This document shows, in pieces, positions 9,994 to 22,332 of a stretch of 30,578 nucleotides of DNA; position 1 is the stretch's first letter, and each line of letters starts with the position of its first letter. The stretch lies in contig CBDCCZ010000015.1 of NCBI GenBank assembly GCA_965215005.1, forward strand, positions 1 through 30,578, written 5' to 3'. Both the position numbers and the translations under genes were made by a program. Source of the DNA: Kofleriaceae bacterium. GTDB lineage: Bacteria > Myxococcota_A > Polyangia > Haliangiales > Haliangiaceae. The notes beneath the pieces are model-generated. The model searched no databases and was not told the DNA's origin. It was given only the letters and a program-made list of their open reading frames with translations.

Positions 9994-10863
9994 CTAGGGC
10001 GCAAGCACGACGTTATCGATGAGACGCGTGGCGCCGACCGCGGCGGCAACCGCGAGCACCGCCGGGCGCTCGATGGCGGCGATCGATTCTAGCGTCGAGG
10101 CGTCGCGCAGCTCGAGATAATCGAGCGTGATACTTGTGGAGAGGAGCTCGCCGCGAGCGATTTCTAGCAGCGCGTCGGCGGCTCGCTCGCCTGCGGCGAA
10201 TCGCTGGTTGGCGGCCATCAGGGCGCGGCTGAGCGCCAGCGCTTCGCGACGCTGCTCGGGCGATAGGTACTTGTTGCGCGAAGACATCGCTAGCCCATCG
10301 GCCTCGCGAACGATGGGCAGGCCGACGATCTCGAGGTCGAAGTCGAGGTCGGCGGTCATGCGGCGAAGGAGGGCGAGCTGCTGGAAATCTTTTTCGCCGA
10401 AGATGGCAACGTGCGGCGCGGTGAGATGGAACAGCTTGGCGACAATGGTGGCGACGCCGGCGAAGTGACCGGGCCGGGAGGCACCGCACAGCGGCGTCTG
10501 TAGCTCGCGCACTTCAATGAAGGTTTGATGGTTTGTCGCGTACATCGCATCCGCTGCGGGACAAAACGCGATGTCGACGCCGCAATCGCGAGCCTTGGCG
10601 AGGTCGCCGGCTTCGTCGCGCGGATAGCGGTCGAGGTCTTCGCCGGGGCCAAACTGGGTGGGGTTGACGAAGATCGTCAAAATCAGCAAGTCGGCGCGCG
10701 CGCGGCCGGCACGCAACAGCGCCAGGTGGCCCTCGTGCAGAAAGCCCATCGTCGGTACCACCGCGATGCGGTAGCCGTGGCGGCGCGCGTCTTGGGCGCG
10801 GGCGCGCATTGCCTGCGGTGAGCGGATGACCTCGAATGAAAAGCGGGACGCAATCGGCTGCAC
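9994..10863 (-). CDS. panC: Pantoate--beta-alanine ligase
   Basis: VPTMGFLHEGH, IFVNPTQF, RPGHF, FGEKDFQQ, GLAMSSRN and RLIDN motifs. Confidence 0.97.
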   Translation of the reverse strand: MQPIASRFSFEVIRSPQAMRARAQDARRHGYRIAVVPTMGFLHEGHLALLRAGRARADLLILTIFVNPTQFGPGEDLDRYPRDEAGDLAKARDCGVDIAFCPAADAMYATNHQTFIEVRELQTPLCGASRPGHFAGVATIVAKLFHLTAPHVAIFGEKDFQQLALLRRMTADLDFDLEIVGLPIVREADGLAMSSRNKYLSPEQRREALALSRALMAANQRFAAGERAADALLEIARGELLSTSITLDYLELRDASTLESIAAIERPAVLAVAAAVGATRLIDNVVLAP

Positions 10864-10869
10864 CCGTGG

Positions 10870-10875
10870 ATGCTA
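10870..10875 (-). promoter_or_regulatory. Putative -10 box for leaderless panC
   Basis: TAGCAT followed by 6 nt and then the GTG start. Confidence 0.4.
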
Positions 10876-10919
10876 CTCCACGTGCGCGGACAGCTCCCCT
10901 ATCCGGCGTCGCCCAGCGC

Positions 10920-11246
10920 TTAGTTCATCCCGTCTTTCAACGCTTCGGCAAATCCGATGAACGCCACCAGCGCGGCGTCGGCGAGCAGAACGAAGCCGAT
11001 GCCCCACAACGCCGATACCGCCACTTCACCCGCCGAGTCGTTGCCGGCGCCTGGCAAACACGATTCTTCACAGGTGCTGAGCGGCAGGCCAACTGCCACC
11101 GCGCCGACGCCGACCTCAGCGCCAAACAGCTGAAGCGCCGTACTGGCGTTAGCGTGATCGCCCGCCGTCTTCAAATAGGTGCCGCAGCTGGTGGTGCAGA
11201 GAATCAGCAGTGTCGAAACCGCGGCGCAGCGGAGGCGGCGCTTCAC
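10920..11246 (-). CDS. Small hypothetical lipoprotein / membrane protein
   Basis: MKRR n-region, hydrophobic stretch, TTSC lipobox-like site and two later hydrophobic segments; GTGA overlap with the stop of the panB C-terminal frame. Confidence 0.6.
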   Translation of the reverse strand: MKRRLRCAAVSTLLILCTTSCGTYLKTAGDHANASTALQLFGAEVGVGAVAVGLPLSTCEESCLPGAGNDSAGEVAVSALWGIGFVLLADAALVAFIGFAEALKDGMN

Positions 11247-12191
11247 CGGCGGGCCTTGCCGCTGGAATAGAGGCCACCGAGGTCGTCTTCTGGAGGCTCT
11301 GGCGCGGGGCCTTCGGAGACGCAGCCGCCGGCGTGGATCATAGCGGAGACGGTCGCAGGCGGCGCCGGAGCGCTATTGGGCTGCAAGAAGAAGGCTTCGC
11401 GGTCGGCGGGAAATGAGCCGTCCCGCACGTCGCTCACGTAGGCATCGACGGCGGTGCGAATGCGGGTGGCGAGCTGCTCGTAGCGGCGGCACGAACTTGG
11501 GCTTGAAAGAATCATCCATGCCGAGCAAGTCGTAGATGACCAGGACCTGGCCATCGCAGGCGGAGCCGGCGCCGATGCCGATGGTAGGGATCGATACGGC
11601 GCTGGTGATGGCTGCGGCGATCTCGCTGGGGATGCCCTCGAGAACGACGGCGTAGGCGCCCGCGGCTTCCAAGGCGCGCGCGTCGGCTAATAGCCGCTCG
11701 GCGGCGCCGCTCTCGCGGCCTTGAATCTTGAAGCCGCCCATCTGATGAAACGACTGCGGTGTGAGGCCGATGTGCCCCATGACCGGAATCCCGCAGTGCA
11801 CCAGCGCGCGCACCAACTCGACGTGCTGCGCGCCGCCTTCCAGCTTGATCGCGTGGCAACCGCCCTCTTTGACCAGCCGGCCAGCGTTGTGCAGCGCCTG
11901 CGGAACGCTCTCCTGATAGCTCATGAACGGCATGTCGCCGACGACGTGCGCGCGGCGGCACCCACGCACCACGGCGCGGGTGTGATAAATCATCTCGTCC
12001 AAGGTCACCGGCAACGTGGTCTCGTTGCCTTGTATGACCATGCCGAGGGAGTCGCCGACGAGCAAGATGTCGACGTGGCTCTCATCGAGGAGTCGCGCAA
12101 ACGTAGCGTCGTAGGCGGTGAGCATGGTGATTCGCTCGCCGCGCTGTTTCATCGTCGCCAAGGTGTGGATGGTGACCTTTGGGTCGTTCAT
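11243..12191 (-). CDS. panB: 3-methyl-2-oxobutanoate hydroxymethyltransferase, frameshifted near 11489 (sequencing error or recent lesion)
   Basis: [31 protein letters not shown] and DGQVLV motifs in frame 11373..12440; the C-terminal RRYEQL...[11 protein letters not shown] is in frame 11243..11554. Confidence 0.9.
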
Positions 12192-12217
12192 TCCGCCCTT
12201 CCTTTCTGGGGTCGTTC

Positions 12218-12268
12218 TTCCAGCGTCTCGGTCCTGCGGATCCGAGCGTCGACTCGCGTCGCCTGGAA
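12218..12268 (-). ncRNA. pan RNA motif-like cis-regulatory leader of panB
   Basis: Hairpin CG-CUCGG-A-UCC-gca-GGA-CCGAG-A-CG (12224-12248) with two bulged A, in the 5' UTR of panB; matches the description of the single-hairpin deltaproteobacterial pan motif. Confidence 0.75.
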
Positions 12269-12276
12269 TGGGGGCA

Positions 12277-12304
12277 GTTATACCTGGCCGATCCCCAGGT
12301 CGAA
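12277..12304 (-). promoter_or_regulatory. Putative panB promoter
   Basis: TTCGAC-16 bp-TATAAC, placing the start site just 5' of the structured leader. Confidence 0.5.
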
Positions 12305-12351
12305 ACCACGATGTCGCTGCGGAGCCTACTCGGCGGTGCAAGCGAGCGAGA

Positions 12352-13605
12352 TTACGAGCTTTCGCGCAAAATGAGCGGGAAGCTATAGGTGAGGCGGGTG
12401 CCGGCTTTGCCGGCAGGGAGCTGCATTTGGGCGAGCGCATCGTTTACGCAGGCGAGGGCCGAGTGTAAGGCCACTGGCTCGGTGGCAAAGACATGACGCG
12501 GCTCGACGGCGATGCTCGAGGACCGCGAGCCGTCGGCGGCCACGCTCGTGGATCGTCGCACTTCGAGCAGCACCCCAGGGACCGAGGCCAGACAGCGCTG
12601 CATCGCCGCGTCGTGGCCGCGAACCACCCGCGCGACCAGCTCGGGGTCGATGCGTGCACCGGCCAGCTCGACCCGCGCCGCGGTCAGCGGCTCGAGGTCG
12701 AGCGCCTCGACGTGCTGGCGGGCGCGGGCGGCCCACAGGCCATCGCCGGCGAGGTGCAGGTAGTGGCGCAGGTGGACCAGCGCCTCTTCGTCCCGCTCTT
12801 GGTGCGCATAGGCGAGCGCCAGGTAGTAGTGCTGCTCGGCGGCGGCGCCAAGTCCATAGCGATCGGGGGTCCGCAGCGCGGCGAGCCGAGGGTCGAGCCG
12901 CAGCGCCGACCGCATCGCTTCGTCGGCGCGCGCTGGCTGCTCGGCGCGATCATAGGCCACTGCCAAGGCAAATCGCGGCGGCGCAAACGTTGGCGGGCTG
13001 CTAACCGCGGTGGTCAGAGCTTCGATGGCTTCGTCCAGGCGACCGAGCGCCATGTAGGTCTCTCCGAGTCGCCAATAGAGGGCGTGGGCGGCGGTGCGAC
13101 CACGATCGAGAACACGACGGAAGTGCTCGAGCGCTGGTTGCGGCTTGCCGGCCCGGGTGAGACAGAGGCCAAGCCGAAAATCGAGCCCGTCGTCGACGCG
13201 GCTGCCACCGGGATCGAACTCGGGGTGGCGCTCGAAGAGTGCTTGCAACGCGCCGGCGCAGCGGCGCCAATCGGCTCGCCGCGCGTGGACTTCGCTCAGC
13301 AGCCAATAGGCCTCGGGACGCGTGGCGTCGAGCCGCACCGCAGCCCGCAGATGGTCGCGCGCCTGGCCGTCGAGATTGGCTTCGAGCAGTTGCTCGGCAC
13401 GCTGCAGCGCGAGCTCGTAGCCATCGCGTTGGGGGTGCAGGGTGCGCTCCCAGAAGTCACTGTGGTTTTCGGCGGGCTCGTCGTAGTCGACTGGCGGCGG
13501 TGGGTACCGCTTCGATTGCGCGTGCGCAGGCGCTGCGGCAGCCAGCGCAGCCGCAATACTCGCCATGACAGCGGCGTGTAGACGATTCGTGCGGTGCTCC
13601 GTCAT
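12352..13605 (-). CDS. Secreted TPR protein with C-terminal TonB-C / AgmX-PglI-like domain
   Basis: Signal peptide ending AHA-Q; TPR motifs ([21 protein letters not shown]); C-terminal VVR..MQRC...CV..AL..M.LP...LTYSFPL. Confidence 0.8.
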   Translation of the reverse strand: MTEHRTNRLHAAVMASIAAALAAAAPAHAQSKRYPPPPVDYDEPAENHSDFWERTLHPQRDGYELALQRAEQLLEANLDGQARDHLRAAVRLDATRPEAYWLLSEVHARRADWRRCAGALQALFERHPEFDPGGSRVDDGLDFRLGLCLTRAGKPQPALEHFRRVLDRGRTAAHALYWRLGETYMALGRLDEAIEALTTAVSSPPTFAPPRFALAVAYDRAEQPARADEAMRSALRLDPRLAALRTPDRYGLGAAAEQHYYLALAYAHQERDEEALVHLRHYLHLAGDGLWAARARQHVEALDLEPLTAARVELAGARIDPELVARVVRGHDAAMQRCLASVPGVLLEVRRSTSVAADGSRSSSIAVEPRHVFATEPVALHSALACVNDALAQMQLPAGKAGTRLTYSFPLILRESS

Positions 13606-14603
13606 CAGAAGGGCAGCGTCTGGACCTCGGGTTTGACCGGCGTTGGCCGAAGGCTGCCCTCGGCGAGGCGCTTTTCGAGATACGCAGCGTTGTCTCTGGC
13701 GCGTGCTTGAAACTGCGGATGCGCGCCGGAGGCAATGAATTTGCGATAGTGAACGATTGCCTCTCGATACGCGCCAGTGGCTTCGAAGCCGAGCGCGAGG
13801 TAATAGAGCTCCTCGCCGGGCGGAACGAAAAAGATTTCGCCTTCGCGCAAATCGCGCTGGAACTGCCGGAAGCCGGAGCCGTCGGCGTAGGTGAGCATTA
13901 CTTCACGCGCTTTTGCTCCTTGCCCGTCGCGATCGAGGGCGACCGCGAGCCCGAAGGCGTTGCTCGCCTTGGCGAAGTAGGTCATCGACCGCTGATACAG
14001 CGATACCGACGCATCGAGATCGCCGACCATCATGTACATCTCAGCGAGGTTGCCGAGCCAAATCGAGGCTAGCTCGGGTTCCAAGGCATTTAAATCGGTG
14101 CGGCGAATGAGGGTCTCGTAGTCGGCGATGCCGGCGCGCAAATCGTCGTCGGTGGCGAGTCTGGTGCGCAACAGCGCGCGCTCGAACAACACCGACGTGA
14201 CGCGCGGATCGAGTGGCTCGAGGCGCTCGAACGCCAGCCAATGCTCGATGACCTGTTCCGCGGCGCGGCGGCTGAAGAGCCGCTGACCGGTCAAGTAGTG
14301 GTTGTAGAGCAGCTCCCCGAGTCGATAGTGCGGCTCCCCGCGCTGCGGCTGAGCCGCGATGGCCAGCTCGTAAGCCTTCTGCGCTTGCCCCACGAGCGCT
14401 TTGCGCTGCAGCGGGCTCACTTCGGTTGCCTGCAGGGCATACCGATCGCCGCGGCGCAGCTCGCGCCAATACGTCGCTCGCTCTTGTGCCGCGATGGTCT
14501 TTGCAGCGGTCGCTGGCCATTCGAAGCGGTCTGCGGCCGCCGGCGACGCCGTCAGCGAAATCGCCAAAAGCGCGCTCGAGAGAATGTAGCGGAGCCGAGT
14601 CAT
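13605..14603 (-). CDS. Secreted TPR protein
   Basis: Signal peptide ending AAA-D; TPR motifs (PHYRLGELLY, NLAEMYMMVGDLDASVSLY). Confidence 0.82.
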   Translation of the reverse strand: MTRLRYILSSALLAISLTASPAAADRFEWPATAAKTIAAQERATYWRELRRGDRYALQATEVSPLQRKALVGQAQKAYELAIAAQPQRGEPHYRLGELLYNHYLTGQRLFSRRAAEQVIEHWLAFERLEPLDPRVTSVLFERALLRTRLATDDDLRAGIADYETLIRRTDLNALEPELASIWLGNLAEMYMMVGDLDASVSLYQRSMTYFAKASNAFGLAVALDRDGQGAKAREVMLTYADGSGFRQFQRDLREGEIFFVPPGEELYYLALGFEATGAYREAIVHYRKFIASGAHPQFQARARDNAAYLEKRLAEGSLRPTPVKPEVQTLPF

Positions 14604-15712
14604 GGAACAGTGGGTGCCAAGGACGCCCCGCCAATGCGTGATGCTTTGTTCATGGAGCGCTCGTGCAACAGTCGCTCGTGCAACAGTTGATCGATGGCTT
14701 CGACGTGTTGACGTGCCCTGGCGTGGTACGTCGCGCTAGGGCCGCTCGCAATGTAAGCCAGCCACGCCGCGCGCGCCTCGGGAAGATGATCACTCACCTC
14801 GTAGACCAGTGCGTAGTAGTAATGGCGGTCGGCGAGCGGGGCGTAGTCGAGGCCGCGGAGGTAGTCGAGGACGTAGTCGGCAAGCGGCTGGCGAATGCGG
14901 GCGAGCTGGGCATCGAGGACTTGATGCGCGCGCGTGAGCTGCTCGTCCTTGTCGTAGGCTACCGCGAGCGCAACCGGCAGCAGCGCAGCAGCGGAGCCGC
15001 CGTAGGCCTGCGGGGAGAGTCGCCGATCGCTGGCTGCTTCGAGAAGTTGAATGGCTTCCGGCAGTCGGCCGGTGGTGGTTAGGAGCGAGGCCAGAAATAG
15101 CGTCGCGGACGCCGAGACCTCATCGCGGAGGCCGTCGCCGAGCGCCAGGCGCAACGAGCGGATGGCCTCGTCGGTGCGGCGGGCGCGCGCCAGCAGGCGT
15201 CCCATCAGCAGATGATCGGCCGGCTGCGGACGTTCGACGGCGGCGAGATAGGCGGCCAAGTTGCTGATCGCGACCTCGGTGCGGCCCGAGACGCCGGCAA
15301 CCTGCGCCAACAAGCGCGTTACCTCCAGGTTCCTGGGCGCGAGCAATTGGGCGTGGCAGAGCATCTCGTAGGCCTCGTCGAGCATCGCCTGGCGGGCGGA
15401 GGAATCGGAGACGTCGTTGTAGGAGCTGTCGCCACCGGTGCCACCGTTACCGGCGCGGCCAGTGGCCTCGTGGAGGCGCTGCTCGGCCTGTTGCAGCGCG
15501 ACGGCGACCTCGTGGGCGTGCGGCTCGATGAGCCGCTCCCAGAAGTTGCCGCGATTGGCGGGCTCACTGGCGGCGGGCGCCGCGGCACCTAGCCATGCCA
15601 CCAAGCCGGCAAGGAGCCATGTCCCCAAGCGCGCGCGCACCCTCTCAGTATGGGCGGTAGCGTGGCCGTTGACCAGCGCCAGCGCCAGCGCCCGGCGAGC
15701 GCCCGCCGCCAA
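14600..15712 (-). CDS. Secreted TPR protein (start uncertain; may be 15640 or 15628)
   Basis: Hydrophobic signal [21 protein letters not shown] motifs; ATGA overlap with the next gene. Confidence 0.78.
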   Translation of the reverse strand: MAAGARRALALALVNGHATAHTERVRARLGTWLLAGLVAWLGAAAPAASEPANRGNFWERLIEPHAHEVAVALQQAEQRLHEATGRAGNGGTGGDSSYNDVSDSSARQAMLDEAYEMLCHAQLLAPRNLEVTRLLAQVAGVSGRTEVAISNLAAYLAAVERPQPADHLLMGRLLARARRTDEAIRSLRLALGDGLRDEVSASATLFLASLLTTTGRLPEAIQLLEAASDRRLSPQAYGGSAAALLPVALAVAYDKDEQLTRAHQVLDAQLARIRQPLADYVLDYLRGLDYAPLADRHYYYALVYEVSDHLPEARAAWLAYIASGPSATYHARARQHVEAIDQLLHERLLHERSMNKASRIGGASLAPTVP

Positions 15713-15723
15713 GCGCTTTGTTC

Positions 15724-17672
<1,949 letters not shown>

Positions 17673-17673
<1 letters not shown>

Positions 17674-20087
17674 CAGTGGACCTCCTCGTTACCCTCGCTG
17701 GTGGCCAGTGGCGTGATCTCCACTGGCTTGTCGATGAGGACCAGCGTCGAGCGCTTGACGAGCTGATGCCCTTTGCCGCCGCGACCGACGACCTTGTTAG
17801 GATCGGCGTGCAGCGTGAACTTCTTGCCGCCCCCGGAGCTTTCGACCTCGAGAGCGTCTTTCTTGTGGCTGCCGGCGATGAATCCGATCACGCGATCGTC
17901 GGCGCCGGTTTTGATCACCGTGACGCCCTTGCCGGGATTCTCGAGCTTGTTGATCTCTTCTGCGGAGCACGCGAGCGTGTGGCCTTTGCGCGTAGCCACG
18001 ACCACCACGTCGGTCGGCGCGACGCCGACGACTCCCACCAGCTCGTCCTCTTTGGCGGGGCGCGCGTATTTGCGCCCGGCGCGGGTGGTGGCGCTCTGAT
18101 ACGGCTCGCTGGAGAATCGCTGGCCAAAGCCCTTGGCACTGACCGCGAGCAGCTCGTCCGGCGGCAGCGCGCGCGGATCGAGCGTGATCGCCGCGATGAT
18201 GCGTTCGCCGTCTTTGAAGCTGAAGAACTTCTGCGCTGGATCTCCATAGCCGCTGGTGGCCGGAACGTCGTTGATGCGCATGACGTAAGCGGTGCCGTAG
18301 TTGGTGAAGAACGCCACGTGCTCTTTGGTGGAGCCAGGCAACACGGCCATGACCGCATCGCCTTCGCGCAGGCGCGTCGAGCTAGGGTCTTTGACCTCGC
18401 GAAGGCGCTTTATCCAGCCGTCGCGGGTTACCACCACGTGAGCATCCTCATCGAGGATGTAGACCTCTTCGGAGAACTCGAGCTCTTCTACAGAACCGCC
18501 CACCTTGGTGCGCCGCGGCGTACCGAGAGCAGCGGCTACTTCGCCGAGCTCCGTCTTCACCACGCCCCAAAGCTTGGCTTTACTGGCTAAGATCGCCTTG
18601 ATGCGCGCCGCCTGCTTTTGCTTGTCGGCGAGCTCCTCGCGGATGATGTTGATCTCGAGGCGCGCCAATCGATACAGCCGCAGCTCCAGGATCGCATCGA
18701 CCTGGACGTCGTCGAGGCCAAAGCGCTTCATCATCTTCTGCGCTGCGTCGGCCTTGCCGTCGCTCTTGCGGATGATGCGAATGGTTTCGTCGAGGGCATC
18801 GAAGATGACCACGAACCCTTCGAGGATGTGAATGCGTTTCTGCAGTGCCGCGAGCTCGAACTCGAAGCGGCGACGAGTGACGTCGAAGCGGAAATCGAGG
18901 AAGTGCTCGAGCATCTCCTTGATGCCGAGCCGTTGCGGCGTGCCCACCTCGCCACCGGTTGGGACCAGGCAGGTTAGGTTGACGTTGAAGTTGAGCTGCA
19001 GGGGCGTGTTCTTGAACAGGTACGCCATCACCACCGCGGGATCGGCGCCTTTCTTGATCTCGAGCACGATGCGGACGTCGGTGGTCGACTCGTCGCGCAC
19101 GTCCAGGAGCTGGGGCAGCTTGCGATTGATGATGACCTCGGCGATCTTCTCGACCACTGCCGCCTTGGTGACCGCATAGGGAATTGAGGTGACGATGAGC
19201 TGCTCACCGCCGCGCTTCATCGCCTCGATCTGATATTCGCCGCGCGCGCGAATGGCGCCGCTGCCGGCTTCGTAGATCTGTCGCAGCTCGGGCTTGGAGT
19301 TGAGGATTTGGCCACCGGTGGGGAAATCGGGGCCTTTGATGTACTTGAGTAAGTTCGTGGTGGTGAGCTCGCGATTGTCGATGAGCGCGACCAGGGCACT
19401 CACTACTTCTTTCAAGTTGTGCGGCGGGATGTTGGTCGCCATGCCCACGGCGATGCCAGTCGAGCCGTTGACGAGTAGGTTCGGAAACCGCGCTGGCAGC
19501 ACCACGGGTTCTTCTGCGGTGCCGTCGTAGGTGGGACGAAAGGGCACCGTGTCTTGCCGCATCTCGCGCAAGAGCTCCATGGCGGCGGCGGTCAAGCGAC
19601 ACTCGGTGTAGCGATAGGCCGCGGCGCCGTCGCCATCGAGGCTGCCGAAGTTGCCCTGGCCATCGACGAGCGGCACGCGCATAGCGAAGTCTTGGGCCAT
19701 TCGCACCATTGCGTCGTACACGGCGGTGTCGCCATGGGGGTGATAGCGACCGATGACCGAGCCGACGACCTTGGCGCTCTTGCGATGCTTGGCGTCGGGC
19801 TGCAGGCGCTCATCGTGCAACATCGCGTAGAGGATGCGTCGCTGCACCGGCTTTAGGCCGTCGCGTACATCGGGCAGCGCGCGCGCCGTGATGACGCTGA
19901 GCGCGTAGTTGAGGTAGCGGCGCCGCGTCTCGGCTTGCAGTGAGGCATCGAGATCGCCGCTGCCATCGCCACCGCCACCGCGCGGGGGAGCTTGGGTTGG
20001 AGGTGCGCCGTCGCCGTCGCCGGCGTCGTTGACGTCGGTCGGTGAGGCTTGATTGGCTGCGGTCGTGGTTCGTCGCTTGCTGCCCAT
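17673..20087 (-). CDS. parC: Type IIA topoisomerase subunit A (probably topoisomerase IV ParC)
   Basis: [22 protein letters not shown], catalytic AAYRYTE and [14 protein letters not shown]; short CTD lacking a GyrA-box in blade 1; ATG 20087 preferred over 20186. Confidence 0.85.
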
Positions 20088-20109
20088 GGGTGTGTTCTCT
20101 GCGGGCGAA

Positions 20110-20137
20110 ACTCTAGGAGAAATTGCGAAAAGCTCAA
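20110..20137 (-). promoter_or_regulatory. Putative promoter of the parC-parE-TPR operon
   Basis: TTGAGC-16 bp-TAGAGT in a locally AT-richer patch, 22 nt upstream of ATG 20087. Confidence 0.45.
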
Positions 20138-20302
20138 GTTGCTCGCGCGGCGGCAGCGGCGCGGCGAGGCGAGATCGGAAAGCCATGCCTCCCCCCTCTT
20201 GGCAGGACCCCTGTATGCCCTAACTCGAGCGCGGGCGACAATTTTTGCACCGCAACCGGCCGACGTGTTAGACGATACGGCAGCCACCCGCTCATCAACA
20301 AC

Positions 20303-21790
<1,488 letters not shown>

Positions 21791-21865
21791 CAGGCCGCGT
21801 TCGTTCGCAGCCGCGTACTGCGCATTCTCGTTCGCGCATCGATCGCTCTTGCCGAGGCCCCCGCG

Positions 21866-22303
21866 GTGACACACACTGACCGGGTGCGGCTACTACTGGG
21901 TTTGATCAAGGGTGCGGTCATCGGTGCAGCCATCGGCGCGGGCGCGTACGCGCTTCACTTGATGAACGCCTTCAACTGGGTCACCTATGGCTTGGTAGGC
22001 GCTTGCGTCGGTCTGCTGGTCGGCCGGCCGGTCTGGTCGCACATTCGCAGTCGAAGCGGCACGGTGTTCACGCCCATCCTCAAGACGCTGGTGGGTACCG
22101 GCGTCGGCGTTGGAATCTACGCGTTGGTGTCGCGAGTGTGGGGCGGCATGGATCTCACCTTCGAGGGCGAGACGCGCAATATCTACAATTGGCAGCCGCT
22201 GCTCGGTGCTGCGATTGGCGGCATCTGGGGGGCGTTCGTCGAAGTCGACGACGCGGCTCCGGTAGAGCCTGAGCCCGAGTCGCGCCGCAAGCCGCGCTCC
22301 TAA
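21866..22303 (+). CDS. Hypothetical Gly-rich multi-pass membrane protein
   Basis: About four hydrophobic GxxxG-rich segments; 145 aa; downstream of the M23 gene on the same strand. Confidence 0.75.
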   Translation: MTHTDRVRLLLGLIKGAVIGAAIGAGAYALHLMNAFNWVTYGLVGACVGLLVGRPVWSHIRSRSGTVFTPILKTLVGTGVGVGIYALVSRVWGGMDLTFEGETRNIYNWQPLLGAAIGGIWGAFVEVDDAAPVEPEPESRRKPRS

Positions 22304-22332
22304 CGAGCCTCTCTAGCGCCCGTAAGCGGCGT

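Noticed and set aside
12192..12440. Upstream extension of the panB ORF, or a leader peptide
   Set aside because: The region is better explained by a promoter plus structured RNA; ATG 12191 has a purine-rich RBS
20088..20302. Overlapping N-terminal extensions of parC (20186) and M23 (20123)
   Set aside because: They would overlap head-to-head and cover a putative promoter; the downstream ATGs fit better
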